From Adineta vaga (taxonomy: Eukaryota > Animalia > Rotifera): DNA of 64,000 nucleotides. Both the position numbers and the translations under genes were made by a program. Under the pieces are notes generated by a model, which saw nothing but the letters and a program-made list of their open reading frames with translations, ran no database searches and was not told the origin of the DNA. Below are positions 16,410 to 29,970 of this stretch, one piece after another. Where the stretch lies: positions 11,222,001 through 11,286,000 of the forward strand of contig CP075496.1 of assembly GCA_021613535.1 (NCBI GenBank), read 5' to 3'. Positions within the stretch are counted from its first letter, which is position 1. Every line of letters begins with the position of its first letter.

Positions 16410-18869
16410 TATTGTTTATTTTTCTTGGTTTTGTTTAAAGAAAAAGAATATATGAATAAATTTGTTCGACCGAAAAAATCACAAAGTCTACGTACGTTAT
16501 AAAGATAAAGTGTAGACATATGTTCTTCATTAATATTGTATGACATATAAAATGTTTTCCATTTTGAAAACAAATTCATTGAAACTGTTGATTAAGATTC
16601 TCCGAAGAAAATATTAACAAATAAACACTATGTTTCATCTTATCTCATCTCTATTGGATTATATTATAGTAATGATGATAAATAGAGTTTCTTCTATTGT
16701 AGAATAGGCAATCAGTCTGATATGTGCGTATCCAATAAGTTTATCTTCCTTTTTTTTATGAATTGATCGTTCATGATGATTGCACATGTCTATTTATTTA
16801 GTTAATCTTATTTCTGTTGTATAAATCTTTCTTCGAAATGTCTTTTGATTGTTCTGTTCAATATATAACTATAATTCTAAATGAATCATAAGTATCAAGG
16901 AGATGAGTAGAACTCCAGATGGTTTATTGATGAATATTCGCAATCATTAAAGCATATAATTGATAAACATCTGGCTTGAAGGTATGTAATGCATCAAAGC
17001 TTAAGTAGAGAACAAACAATTCTTATTAAAGATTTTTTTTCTTTTTACAATCGTACAAAAAAAGAAGATTGTTCAACGAAACACTTGAAGCTATTTATTT
17101 GAAATAAATCCAACGTATCAAGTTCAAGTATAGTGATTAGAAAATAAGAGATTTTCATGGATGTTAATCAATAACTTATAGAATCATAGTCGTCTTCTCA
17201 TGTCGACATCAAAGAATGAGAAGAAAAATTCAATAAAATCAAGATTATGCCATATGTAAATTCATATACTCTTATTATAACTATACTTATATATATATAT
17301 ACACATGAAGAGCTTCCTATTGACACACGTCTGTATATTGACACGTTGTTCTCTTCTTAATCCACTCTTCTATGTTTTGAAATAGAGAGAAGAGAAAATG
17401 AAGACAAGAGTTAAATACTACTCGTTTACTTTTATAATAATAAAGCGTAGTAAGGCAAAAAAAGGCGCTGTCGTCACACATTTTTTTTTGATTTAGTAGA
17501 ACTGATGACCAAAAGGGGCGGAAACGATAACGTTTGCGATTGACAAAAGAAAATGAACAAGACTCGTACGAAGTAGATGAGAGAAAGAGACATATTAAAG
17601 TGTGGCGATTGTCATTGCATATGTATACGACGCCTTTCGGCAGATGTTTGTACAAGCCCAAAAAGGAGTCGTTGAACAATCGTTCTTTGCTCATTTTTTC
17701 TCTCTCTTACTACTCCTATTCATTCTCTGTCTTCTCTTCTCCTATTACACCCATGTATATATATACAACTGATGAGTGAAAACGTAAGTTTTGAATATTC
17801 GACGCGACGATAGAGTTGAAAGAAAGGCGAGTGTATACATGTAAAAGAAATAGAGACAGAGAGAACGAACAACCTAACATCGTTCTGTTTGTACAGTAGC
17901 TATAGCAGGCTAAACATCGCTGTATAACTTTTCTTTCTTTTCTAACGATCAGATCAGTCATTGTTGAACGAGCTTTATTGTGTCTGTGCTCATATACACT
18001 CATCTAACACGCTTGTTTGTTAAAATATTCTCTGATTGAAACTTATTACTATTTTAATAAGAATACAAAAAACGAGATACAATATCGATTAAAACAAAGA
18101 AAATTCAATATTAACATTATGATAATCATTAAGAAAGGTAAAGATAAGTTTTTTTATTAAACTATTTATTGAATATTCTAACTATTCGTTTGATACTAAA
18201 TAAGAACATGCTCATTTACATTATTCATAGTTTCAAGCTGAACACACACGCAATCATAACCACACACAGTGGTAACAATGCCTTATGATTATCGCTAATT
18301 AGTTGCCTTTTCCCTTTCTCTCTCTTTTCTCTCTTACCACCGTCATGCTATTTTCTATTCCGGAAAAGTATAGAAGACATTTATTCATTGCCTTAAAACA
18401 AAACATCAAACTGTTTCATTCCAAGTTTGAGTAACATAGCCTTCATCAAGAAAATTCATTCATTTATTCACTTTTTCTTTCCGATCAATGCGTTGTCCCT
18501 TCGAAAAAGAAAAAGAAATCATCTGTTCAACTTATTGATTGCATCACAACTTTTAAGCTTCATACATACATATGTATACAGAGAGCTGAAAATTTGTCAA
18601 ATAGAAAAAAAAAAGAAAGTTGCTTGCATATTTCCGCTTGATTAGCTCTTCCCATATACGCACTTAACATTGCCGATTGTAAACCATTTTTCATCTATGC
18701 AAGCTATTTAAACAATGTTTATCTATTTACATCCAAGGTAGCTTCAGTCAGTAATTCAATTATCCTATTTCATTTGCCGATCTCTCACTCTCACTCTCAC
18801 TCTCTCTCCCTCTTCGCTCCAACATAAATAACAGTCATTCGTTTTTATCTATTCATATCTATTGAGAAT

Positions 18870-21800
18870 ATGACTGTCAAATTGATATTGAAACTTGGCG
18901 CTTATGTGACAGGGTAAATAAGTTTCCTTTTTCGATTTTAACCTTTTACCGACACCTTTCAATGTAATAAGTGTTCTTTCATCTTGTATTGCATTATTGT
19001 CTTCTAAAGTTCAATATGTTATCTCGATGATTTAGTCGACTACATACATCGTTTTTCGTTCTTATGAAACATGACAGAGATTTATCTCTTCTTCATCTTA
19101 TACGATGGGTTGAACGCGAGACATACATGTTCAGACATGATCAATTGCTTATGTTATTTTGTATTCATTCATTTACTTTTCTATCTAGAGTCTGTACCGA
19201 TGCTCAATTGATCTTACCAGAAGTACATTCCTTTACGAATAAGATGATTCCTCAACAGCCACAGCCACAACAACAGCAACAGCAACCACAACCGCATCAA
19301 CAACATTCACGATCATCCACAAGTGATGATGATTCAGGTTGTGCTTTGGAAGAATATGCTTGGTGTCCAGCTGGTCTTAAAGCTGAACAAGTATGTATAT
19401 AGTTATTGAAGTTTTGGTTGATGATTAATGCCTTTTTCTTTATTTAAGGTTCGACAATTTTTCAAATGTTTTTCAGAAGATAAAGTACCATTTCTTAATT
19501 CTATTGGTGAAAAATATCGAATGGTAAGTTTATCACAATGAAAGAGATCAATTCGTTTGTTTTCAAAGAAAAAATATCTTTTTATTTTCAAGAAAATGTT
19601 GGAAAAACAATTGCCTCCACATGATTCTGATCCCAAATATTGTCGTTCATTAACTGAAGATGAAAAAAATGAATTACGAATCTTTAATGAACAACAACGT
19701 CATAATGCACTCGGTCGTGGTGTTGCTAAACAATTGCCATTGACACAATCTCCCATCCCGTGTCGTAGTGTAAGTTAAAGAATAATGTTACTGCGGAGAA
19801 AGATTAACACACTCATACATACATACATACATACATACGTACAGATGTACAAATATGTGTTACGAAATACAAAAAGAATGCATATCGTATTTCGAAATTT
19901 AACATCTAAGGAGAGAGAAGAACAAACTGATCAAATTGAAGCTTTCAACCGTAGAAAAAAAATCGTGATCGAAGATGATGTAAGAAAATCATCATCATCA
20001 TCATTCAATGAGCTAGTTAATTATCTTCAATTACATGACGAAATCAAAATAGAAATTTTCTTCGTCTTCTTTTACATATAAAGTTCACTGATTACAATAA
20101 ACACCAAGTGTGTTTGACATTTCTCGAATATTGATCGATAGCACTCGGCATGAAATCAAAAACAGATATCTCAATAGTGACAACGATGATAAATAAATAT
20201 GAGCATATCGATATAGACAGATGTTTTCTAAGAATAGACATAGTTACCATCTATTTTTTTTTCTTTTCGTTCTAGTGTCAAAAATCAATCGAGTCAGGTT
20301 CAATATGTGTCTATGCTGAACGAGCAAATCGAACTGGTTTCTATCATCCACAATGTTTTACTTGTACACAATGCAAAGAATTTCTTATTAATTTAATTTA
20401 TTTCTACAAAGATGGTCTTCTCTATTGTGGTCGACATCATGCAGAATTATATAAACCACGATGTACAGCATGCGATGAAGTATGTAGAACGAATTAGACA
20501 AATTGTTAAAAAATAAACGAAGAGGAAAGAAAAACCTGGACAGATGATTTATAAGATGAGAACAGTTGTCGTTGAAAAAAAAGAAGAAAACCTATAATTG
20601 ATTATATAATCATCAGAGATAATATTATAGGTAGCGATTGTATATATATAAAACAATAAAATATTATTAGTAGCCTTTTTGTTTGCTTCTGTTCTTCACA
20701 AGATAGACATAGAGAGGGAAGAATATTAGCAACATATCGACATAACGTATAGAATGATGACACATTTAAAGTATTTATACTATTAACATTCAGACATTTG
20801 TTTGATCAATACGTGCGCATGTGTGTGTGTGTTGTGTGTGTGTATATGTTTACATGGCCGAAAGAAATGATTTGTTTACTTCTCTCTAGAGTATTAGTAT
20901 TGTAGTGAATAGTTGAGTAATAGATCGATGAGGTTATTGTTTAAGAATGATAATGATCTCTCTTGTATCGATCGTATTGACTAATAAGAATGAGGAAAAC
21001 CTAATTATACTTATTGTTTTTTATTTATCTCTTAGATTATCTTCAGTGATGAATGTACAGAAGCTGAAGGTTATAGTTGGCATATGGATCATTTTTGTTG
21101 TTCAAATTGTAAAAAACGTCTCGGTGGAGAACGTTATGTTATGCGTCAAAGTCAACCATTTTGTTTAAATTGTTTTGAAACAATGTATGCAGAATATTGT
21201 GATACATGTGGTGAACGTATTGAAACAGATCAAGCACAAATGGCACATGAATCTCAACATTGGCATGCAACAGATGCATGTTTCTATTGTTATACATGTC
21301 GTATTCCATTATTAAATCGTGCATTTTTTCCACGGTATGGAGCACTTTTTTGTTCAAATGAATGTGCACTACAACGTAATAATCGTTTTAATCATTCGAA
21401 ATTAATTCAACAAAAATATGATAAAAGTCCAGATTTAATTCCAACAAATCATAAACATACAAATCAACATGTTCGAATTCTTCCTGGAAGAGCAAAAAAT
21501 TATATGCCACAACAACTAAATCCTCGTTCAATATCTAGTCGACCAAAAGATCAAGCTGGTTATATATCCGACGGAGCTAATCCTAGTAGATATCAACGTG
21601 ATATAACCAATGGTTATCTATCCGATGGTCATAATACACGAAAATATCGAAATAGTTATCAACATTATCCAACTAAGTAAGATTTATTAAACCAATTCCT
21701 ATATGTATGTATGTATTTGTATATATTGAAAATGTTTTAGATTAAACTATGATCAAGATCAATCTCAACCTCAAGTATTTTTACAATTTCAATCATCACC

Positions 21801-22548
21801 TGAATCTATATTAAAAAATCGTCAGGAAAAAACATTTACTTCAAGAAGTCGTTCACGTGAACCGATACATTGTTATAATGATTTAAATCTTGAACAACTT
21901 GATCGTCATGGTGCTACACTTGAAATTGCACGTTCTTCAACAACGAAAACACCACGTTCATCATTGCCAGATTTAAGTACAAAAATTTCACGAACAAATT
22001 CCAATCGATCAACAAATCGTCCTGTTATATCTCAAGAAACATTAACTGATTGTGAACAACCAAAAACTCGTTTGAAACATTTAGATCCTAATGAAATCAT
22101 GTATCCAATATCACGACCGAAATCAGCTGCATATCCAAGTACAATGACACAATTCCCACGATCACGTTCATTAAACGGTTCAGGACGTTTTACTAAACAA
22201 CATCATGTTCGTTTTGTTGATGATGAAAAAGAAAAACCTTATAAACAATCACCTGTTTCTACATATCGATCAAATAAATCACGTTTGTCATCATCATCAT
22301 CATCGTCATCATCATCATCTGATTCTGATAATGATGTAGATTGTGATTCAATATATCGTCAATATGATATTCATGGCAATCGAATTAAACGACCGATTAG
22401 TTTTGGAACAAAAATTAGTTATATCGATGCAAATGGATTAGGAAAGAATTCACTTAATCCAACATTGATGAAAAAAACAGGAACACTAAATAAAAAAGAG
22501 AAAAAGAGTAATGGAGCACGAAGAAGAACAGATTGTATTATTAGTTAA
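18870..22548 (+). CDS. PRICKLE: Prickle (PET + 3 LIM domains, C-terminal CAAX); first exon uncertain
   Basis: [37 protein letters not shown] motifs ([32 protein letters not shown]) and C-terminal CIIS. The start could be 18870 or 18119 (both phase-compatible) or the internal ATG at ~19244. Confidence 0.92.
20809..20843. repeat. (TG)n-rich microsatellite in a Prickle intron
   Basis: atacgtgcgcatgtgtgtgtgtgttgtgtgtgtgt. Other simple repeats in the window include (TA)n at ~11642, 37648, 44460 and 57539, (CT)n at ~3201 and 44446, and (CTT)n at ~41166-41190. Confidence 0.8.
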
Positions 22549-23712
22549 TTGCGTTTTGTATACTTGTTTTTCATTTGAACATTTCTCTTTTTCTTTTTCT
22601 TTTTGAAAATAACTTAAATAATCTATATACTCTATTCGAAATTATTCGATCTATCAATGATAAGTTCCTGTTTACGAAATTTATTATTTTTCAGTCATCG
22701 TTGTTTTTCTATCTACATAACATAACTTGCATTGAATAATAATTTCACACGAAATTTTCTTTTAAATAATAAGCTCAATATATATATATATACATGGAGT
22801 ATCTATTGAAGAAAATATTTATGAAACATAGGATCTATTTTAGAAAATAGCTAATCACTGAATTTTGAAATATTTCTTAATAGTGTTTTAGCATTTGAAG
22901 ATGTTAGTGATGATGGTGAAACTATAGACAAACATGAACAGGAAAATCATCGGATTTTTCCTGTGACATCCGAACTATTTTGTTTACTTATTGTGCCATA
23001 ATCAATGCATTTTTACCTCTTTTGACGTTAACTCAAATTTAAATCAAAATATTTATATATTTATAATCAAAACCAAAAGAATCTCTTATTTTGAGCTAAT
23101 TTTATAAAAGTGCACCCGATCTTCAAACATTAAATATAATTAGCTGGAAAAAGTGTTTTTTATTCTTTTATTATTATCATTAGCTTTTGCCGAGTTACTG
23201 AGTAATATCTAGAAATAGAAATCTTTGTCGATAACGAGAACAGCAATGGAATTACCTGGATAAATATAGATGTATTGATAGAGTGTATTGGCTTATTCAT
23301 TTAGTCAGATAACCGAGAAATAATATGATTTCGTTTCGTTATTCTTATCGATCGACTGTTATGTTTAATTTTCTTATTGTATGCAAGAGTGAGAAGAATA
23401 TTGAACTTTTGTCATATATATAACTGTCATAAATCTTTTAAAAAGTTGGATAATTAATGACTCTAAAGATTTATGAACACAAGAAGATGTAAATTATAAA
23501 ACCAGCATCATTGAAAATTCTCAGTCTTCTTTATCTTGATGTCAAGATAATTTAAAAATACAACCGTGTTACTAAGTGCATTATTTTTCGTATATAATGA
23601 AAATATATATATATATATAAATAGATATTCTATTCCAATCAAAATGTTCAATGAATGAAAACTAAAGAATAAGTAAACAGTCAATTGTTAAGATCATAAA
23701 TTGAAAATAAGA

Positions 23713-24795
23713 ATGTCAAATTATATCATTGATCCAATTCCATTGCTTTCTGAAACAGTGATACTTCGTGTTTATTCTATATCTGAACAAGTAAATCGTT
23801 TTTCCCTTATGTTTGGTCTGGGTCTATATCATACAGCTGTTGAAATCTATGGTCAAGAACATTCATTCGTTGGTCATCCGTTTAAATTTAGTGGTATTGT
23901 TTCAACCATTCCCAAAACAGCTGCTTATATCTATCAAGAAGGACTGAATATTGGAAAAACTAAGATGTCGAAAGAAAATATTGGTTATTGCTTAAAAGAA
24001 TTAGGCAAATTATTCACTGGTAGCTCCTATCATCTTTTACATAATAAGTAATTATTTGTCTGATTTCATTTTTCATAATTCTGATCACTTTCTAGTTGTA
24101 ATCATTTCTCGAGTGAATTTCTTAAACGTCTATGTAATGGCAAGCTACCATCGTACATCAATCGTGCAGCTAATTCTGTTTGTTGTTTACCATTTCTTGA
24201 TACAATGTTTAGTGTTAAAATTGATTCTGAACGATTTTTTCTTGAAGTACTTTATCTTACATTCAATGGAGATATCAATTGCGTTATGAGTACATTAAAT
24301 GTTGATCAACAGATAAATCTTTCACGTTACGCATCATATATAGAAGCATCTTTTGGAGATCATTCGATACCAAAATGTGTTCCGTATGTAGAATTTTCTA
24401 GAACGGAGGAATAATTTTCTTTTTCTTTTAGATATTATCCAATAATAAAAAGTTATAATCCATTTACACCATCAAAAGCAATATGTAAACTTGTAAAAAG
24501 AAATCTATGTGCTAATTTTATCTTTAATCAATCAAAAGTTTGCTTAATAATAAATGATCTTTAACTAAAGTGTCTCATTAATGTTTTCAAGGATGTTTAT
24601 GATCTTGCTTTTGATCTAGCTAGATTACTGAAGTTAAAAGAACGAAATAACATTATACTAGATGATTATGCACCCATGATCATGCCAGAAGAAATCATAA
24701 TTGATAGTTATCAAGATTCAATGGCTGATTATTCCATGGATATTCATCAAGTGTTAAATCAATTGCAAAAATTGTTAATTGATACATTTAGATAA
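23713..24795 (+). CDS. DESI/PPPDE-family (deSUMOylase/deubiquitinase-like) peptidase with C-terminal extension
   Basis: LRVYSI, GLGLYHTAVEIYGQE, YHLLHNN|CNHFS (His/Cys dyad) and LPSYINRAA. Three introns. Stop TAA at 24793-24795. Confidence 0.85.
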
Positions 24796-24976
24796 TCGAT
24801 ATCTATCTATAGATATACCCTTTTATATTCTTAATAAAATCCAACAAGTAGTGATCTCTTTTCCATCACTTCTATATTCTTCTTATTAGATCATTGATTG
24901 AACAAACACGAATAGAATGACGATCTTTACATATATATATATATCTTTTAAATAAAATGTAATTTTGTATTTTAGA

Positions 24977-26207
24977 ATGGATTTAATCGATAGTGAAACA
25001 CTTTATGTTTTATTAAAAAATAAATATGTTCTTCTTTGTGGTGATTCAGTTATGCGTTCGTACGTATGAAATAGAAAATATCAATCATAATCATATATTT
25101 TTTGTGTCTATTTATAGTATTTATAAAGATATAATTTTACTGATTCAAGGTCAAAATCGTTTATTAACAAGTGATGAATTAAAAGCAAAATTAGATGATA
25201 AAGATATGTCAACATTGAATGATCATCTATTAGCAGGAGATAAAAAAACGAATGATACATCTTATTATGAAAGACGTTGTTATTTAACAAATACGCATTT
25301 AATTAAATTTGTTTTCTTAACGCGATGTTTTAGTGGACAAATGAGAAATGAATTACGAGAAATTACGGAAAACAAGACAATTGTACCAGATGTTATTCTT
25401 CTTAATTCAGGTAAATTTCTGAGAAATACCATCTTTCATCAGAGAATTTGACATGAAAATGAAAGATATTGATTCCATGTATAACAACATTCAATTTCTG
25501 GATATTTTACTGTATCGTTTTAGCTATTTGGGATATAACAAAATATGAAAAAAATAGTGAAAAAGATTATGCACAATTACTTGAAGAATGTTTTCGTTCC
25601 ATACGTTCGATTATTTCACCACATACCATTGTTATTTGGCTTACAGCAGTAGATATTAGTTTTTTCATTGAATACATAAATATAAAAAAAAACAAGAAAT
25701 GCATTCTTTTTTCAAATTTAGACACCATTTGCTGAAGATGCTCGCGGTGTTTTAGATGAAACTCGATCGGAAAAGAAACGTTTTCTTCGTATTCGAATCT
25801 TTGATATAAATACATTTTCATCTGAACTTGCCAAGAAATATAATTTTCAAGTTATTGATCTTCATTATCTCGTACGTAAATGTGTTGAACATCGTTGTAA
25901 AGATGGTATGCATTATGATGCATTAATTCATCGTGAAATTACAACACATATTGCTCGTTATATCTCCTGTGGATTGAATAAGGACTTATCTAAAAATTTT
26001 CATGAAAATGAAGTGAATGAAACCATTTGTTATGATATTCTTCATACAATTATTAATGAAATTGATTATCAATTATCGACATATGATCAACAGATTCTTG
26101 AGAAACGTCGACCATTACTAATGAATTATGATTTCATGGGAAATTTGAATGAAAAAGAAAGAGATATTTTACATTTAATTGATTGTTATGAAAATAGTTG
26201 TGTATAA
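24977..26207 (+). CDS. PC-esterase domain protein 1 (FAM113/PCED1-like SGNH hydrolase)
   Basis: LLKNKYVLLCGDSVMRSIYKDIILLIQ, FVFLTRCFS, PDVILLNS-AIWDITKY, VIDLHY and DGMHY. Confidence 0.87.
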
Positions 26208-27806
26208 TAAAATAAAGGAAACCATTCTTTTTTTTTCTTCTTAAACTATATTGAACAGTTCAAATTTAGTTTGATATTGAAATAATGAATAGTAATTGGA
26301 TAGAGAAAGTTATTATTAATCGTCATGCTATGAGATTTAGCCCTAAGTCTATTGCTAGACTATTGATAGAACTCAGTAAGATCTTCAATTATTTCTCTAC
26401 GAATTTTCTTGTCTTCATTCGAAAAGTTATAAATCTTTGACTTAAAATACTTCATTTAACATTCATTATTTCAAGTATTGATTCATTCAATCAAACATAT
26501 CTGTTCTCTATTGACATTGTTCTTGTTAATTGGAAACATTAGTAGTAATCTTTTATAATTTTGAAGTGAAATATATTCAGAACAACACTTTGTGTTACCG
26601 AAAATAACTAGTTTTCTAGATTACAAGGAAATAATTATCTTTTTTACAATCATAGACATGATTTTATTTTTGATAATTTCTGTTCAAATTAAATGAAGAA
26701 CTAAATAGACCATTGAAAAATGATTAATAGTGCATTAATAGGTATTTATGATATTCCCTTTCAGTGTTAAGTCATGATCGGAAGAAATATATTATATTCT
26801 TTGAAAACTAAGCTGCATTTAATTGCTTTTTCTTTCTTTGTACTTGTGCATCATTTAATTGCTTGTTCTTAACATAAAACCAAAAACAAGATCTGAATCT
26901 AGTCATTTTCATCTCGTATGTAGTTCGTTAAATATTCTGGTACATTAACATACTTCTTTCAATCATATTTCTCCAAAAATGAAGTAGACTGTGACATTTA
27001 GAGTTGAATAGAATAATTATCGTTTAGAATTTATTATCCAGAATAATTTGAAGAGAAAAGTGGAGAATCAATGCAATATTAATTGACACAACTAATTATG
27101 TAGACAAATCCGCTTTTGCTGTGAGAAGAAGAATTCATTCGAGAACATTTAAATTATCGACTATATTTAGTATAGTTCATAAGTTTTAATAATAACATTA
27201 AACGATGAGAATATTTTTGACATTAGCTCATAAAACTGCTAAATAGAAGTTGATTGGCTATAATAAAAATTCTAGTAGATAATTTTTTCTCATTAATAGA
27301 TTTTCTTCAAGCTCTTTCAGATTAATTTCAATTACTACATGTAAGCGTTTATTTGAGGCGCTGATAACTTTTCTCTTCATTAGTTATGATATTGATAATA
27401 TTTCAGATTTTCAGATTACAGTTCGTTGCGTAAATGAAATTAGTAAACTCCATATAAATCGAGCTGTACACTAAGAATAATCATGACAGTTTAATTTAAG
27501 TTTATTTATTGATCTTTTTCTAGAACGATTTAACGAAATAGTTGTTGGCATAAATGCACTCTTGACACTCTATATTTTCACTTAGACGTTCGAAAGAATA
27601 TAACATGACAAAAATGACAATTTCCTGTGTTCACTTACCATATTTAATGCAGTCATTTCATATTTATTTCGCAGACTAATGAGTTCATGATATGCTAGTA
27701 AGTGAAACATAAAAGAATCTTCAACGACTCGATTCTTATAGCTAGTCTTTTAGAATCTTCATCTCTGATTATAGATGAAAGATAATAGAGCAAACGATTT
27801 TTTGGC

Positions 27807-29413
27807 TTAAGGGAGTGGAGAGAGGTTCGCGATCCCTCAAATGGTCAATTTTATACGCTCATTCGATAGAGTATAGTTTTTGGTCAAAATTTGGATTCAA
27901 ATGTCGTCTCGTATTGCGAAGTATGAGTACAGAATAAAAGAAAAATTTAGTTGTATTAGTACCAAAATATAGACAGCTGCTTCTTCTATCTGCTCCATAC
28001 ACATTTAGAGCTGAATGAGAACTTTCTACAATAATTAAGCCTCTAATACGGTATTAAAACTTCGTGTTTTTCACCTTCCAGTCAGTTTTAGTCATGTTCT
28101 AAGAACTATACTTCATTGAAACTCTTTTACTATAGACCATCTGGTAGAGAATTTCTGGTACTACAATTTCACTCTCTGACATATTATATGACTTTTCAGT
28201 TTTAAGAGTCGAAAAACATTAATTTTCTACTACTTTTAGAAAAATCTAGGTTAGGACTTACCCTATTAATTAGTCCAGACAACAGTATCCTGTTTCTGGA
28301 AATTTATCTACATAACAAAATTTCAATTCCAACTATGTTCAAATCCAAAACATCATATTAATCGGTTTCTTCGATGGAAACGGCTAACCACCTCCTCAAG
28401 TTTCTACTATTCTATAGGTGCAAATAAGCTGTGAGTAGTGTTGACGACTTTTCACATAAGAGGGAAACCGATCAACCTGATTTTTTGGTTTTGAACATAG
28501 TTGGACTTGAAATTTTGTTATGTAGATAAATTTCCAGAAATAAGATACTGTTGTCTGGACTAATTAATAGGATAAGTCCTAATCTAGATTTTCCTAAAAG
28601 TAGTAGAAAATTAATGTTTTTCGACTCTTAAAACTGAAAAGTCATAAAATATGCCTGAGAGTAAAATTGTAGTACCAGAAACTCTCTATCAGATGGTCTA
28701 TACTAAAAGAGAGTTTCAATGGAGTATAGTTCTTAAAACATGACTAAAACTGGCTGGAAGATGAAAAACACGAAGTTTTAATACCGTATTAGAGGCTTAA
28801 TTATTGTAGAAAGTTCTCACTCAGCTCTAAATGTGTATGGAGCAGTTAGAAGAAACAGCTGTCTATATTTTGGTACTAATACAACTAAATTTTGTGAAAC
28901 ACGATCTGAAAGAGGGTGTTGAAATGTTTAAGGGCAGAAATTTGGACCGCCTCTCCCCACTGACATGACCGACACTTTCTAAGGTCTCATTACAGACGTG
29001 ACAGGCAGAGTGAAAAATCCCTCCCAGATGTGACCATAACATCGGAAAACTCGTCACCCAAAGATATAACCTAGACATCTAATCACTAACGTTTTCGTTG
29101 CTAATTTTAATTAACAATGTTTTCTTGATTTATCAAAGTAAACTACCAGAGAAAATGTAGATTTTATCCTTTAAAAAAATGCAAAAGAAATATTGATCAT
29201 AAATTTCATTTGTAACACAATAGAAACAGATTTATCGTGTTTCACATTTTGATCCTGCAGGGATTGCGCTGAAAGCTTTTTCTTTTATTTCGTACTCACA
29301 CTTCGAGAAGTACGGGACGACTTTTGAATCCGAATTTTGATCAAAAACGATATTCTATCGAATGAGCGTATAGATTTGATTATTCGAGGGGTCACAACTT
29401 CGCCCCTTCTTAA
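27807..29413. mobile_element. Non-autonomous TIR DNA transposon flanked by TTAA (Kolobok-like RR..YY termini)
   Basis: 27811-27945 is the diverged reverse complement of ~29277-29409. TTAA at 27807-27810 and 29410-29413. Termini are GG...TC. No transposase ORF. Confidence 0.75.
27943..28892. mobile_element. Foldback/MITE element with ~425-bp inverted arms and ~90-bp spacer, nested in the outer element
   Basis: 27949-28369 pairs almost perfectly with 28464-28886 (agttgtattagtaccaaaatatagacagc... / ...gctgtctatattttggtactaatacaact). Flanked on both sides by AAATTT. Confidence 0.88.
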
Positions 29414-29770
29414 AATAGTAAACGTAGACAGAACTGACATTCAATTAATAGGTGAAATAATCGGAAAAATCTGTGTGATTATCGGCTGAAATTAATCGTT
29501 TGTTGCATGCGATCGAAACTACTAAAAATAAATAAAAGATTAAGTTTATCAAAGATATATTTCCTGAGAATATATTTAGCAAAGTTGCATGAATTCAACG
29601 TTAGTTTTTTTCAAAATCATATCTTCAATCATGCACACTTATAACTCTTAACTTTTAATTTATCGCGGTCGACATTACAAAAATAGACCGCATTGATGTT
29701 TAGATTTTTTTTCTAAAATCTTATGGATAAACCGTAAGGAATGTTTATTTTTCATATAAGAATAGTCTCA

Positions 29771-29970
29771 TATAAATCCCCCTCCAGAATACAAGCCCAC
29801 CCGGAATAGAAGTCCACTATCAATGTTATAGTTTTCCATATATAATAAAAGCCCGCCTAACCAGCAATGCGAAAAAAATAGTGCCTTAATATAAGCCAAC
29901 CTTTAGACTTATAATTTTCTGGACACATTAAAAGCCCAGTAGGCTTCTATTCTGGAAGGGGGTTTAGATA
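29771..29970. mobile_element. ~200-bp MITE with ~30-bp TIRs and TA ends (Tc1/mariner/pogo-like)
   Basis: Left tataaatccccctccagaatacaagccca versus right taggcttctattctggaagggggtttagata. Internal repeats of an aata(n)aagccc-like motif. Confidence 0.65.

Noticed and set aside
17317-18645. Overlapping 70-125 aa ORFs upstream of Prickle
   Set aside because: Promoter/UTR-like sequence with simple repeats and no recognisable domains or coherent splice pattern.
22938-22964. Short inverted repeat acaggaaaa...ttttcctgt
   Set aside because: Only a 9-bp stem; possibly a repeat remnant but not supportable.
28863-29078. 71-aa ORF inside the transposon
   Set aside because: No transposase motifs; too short.
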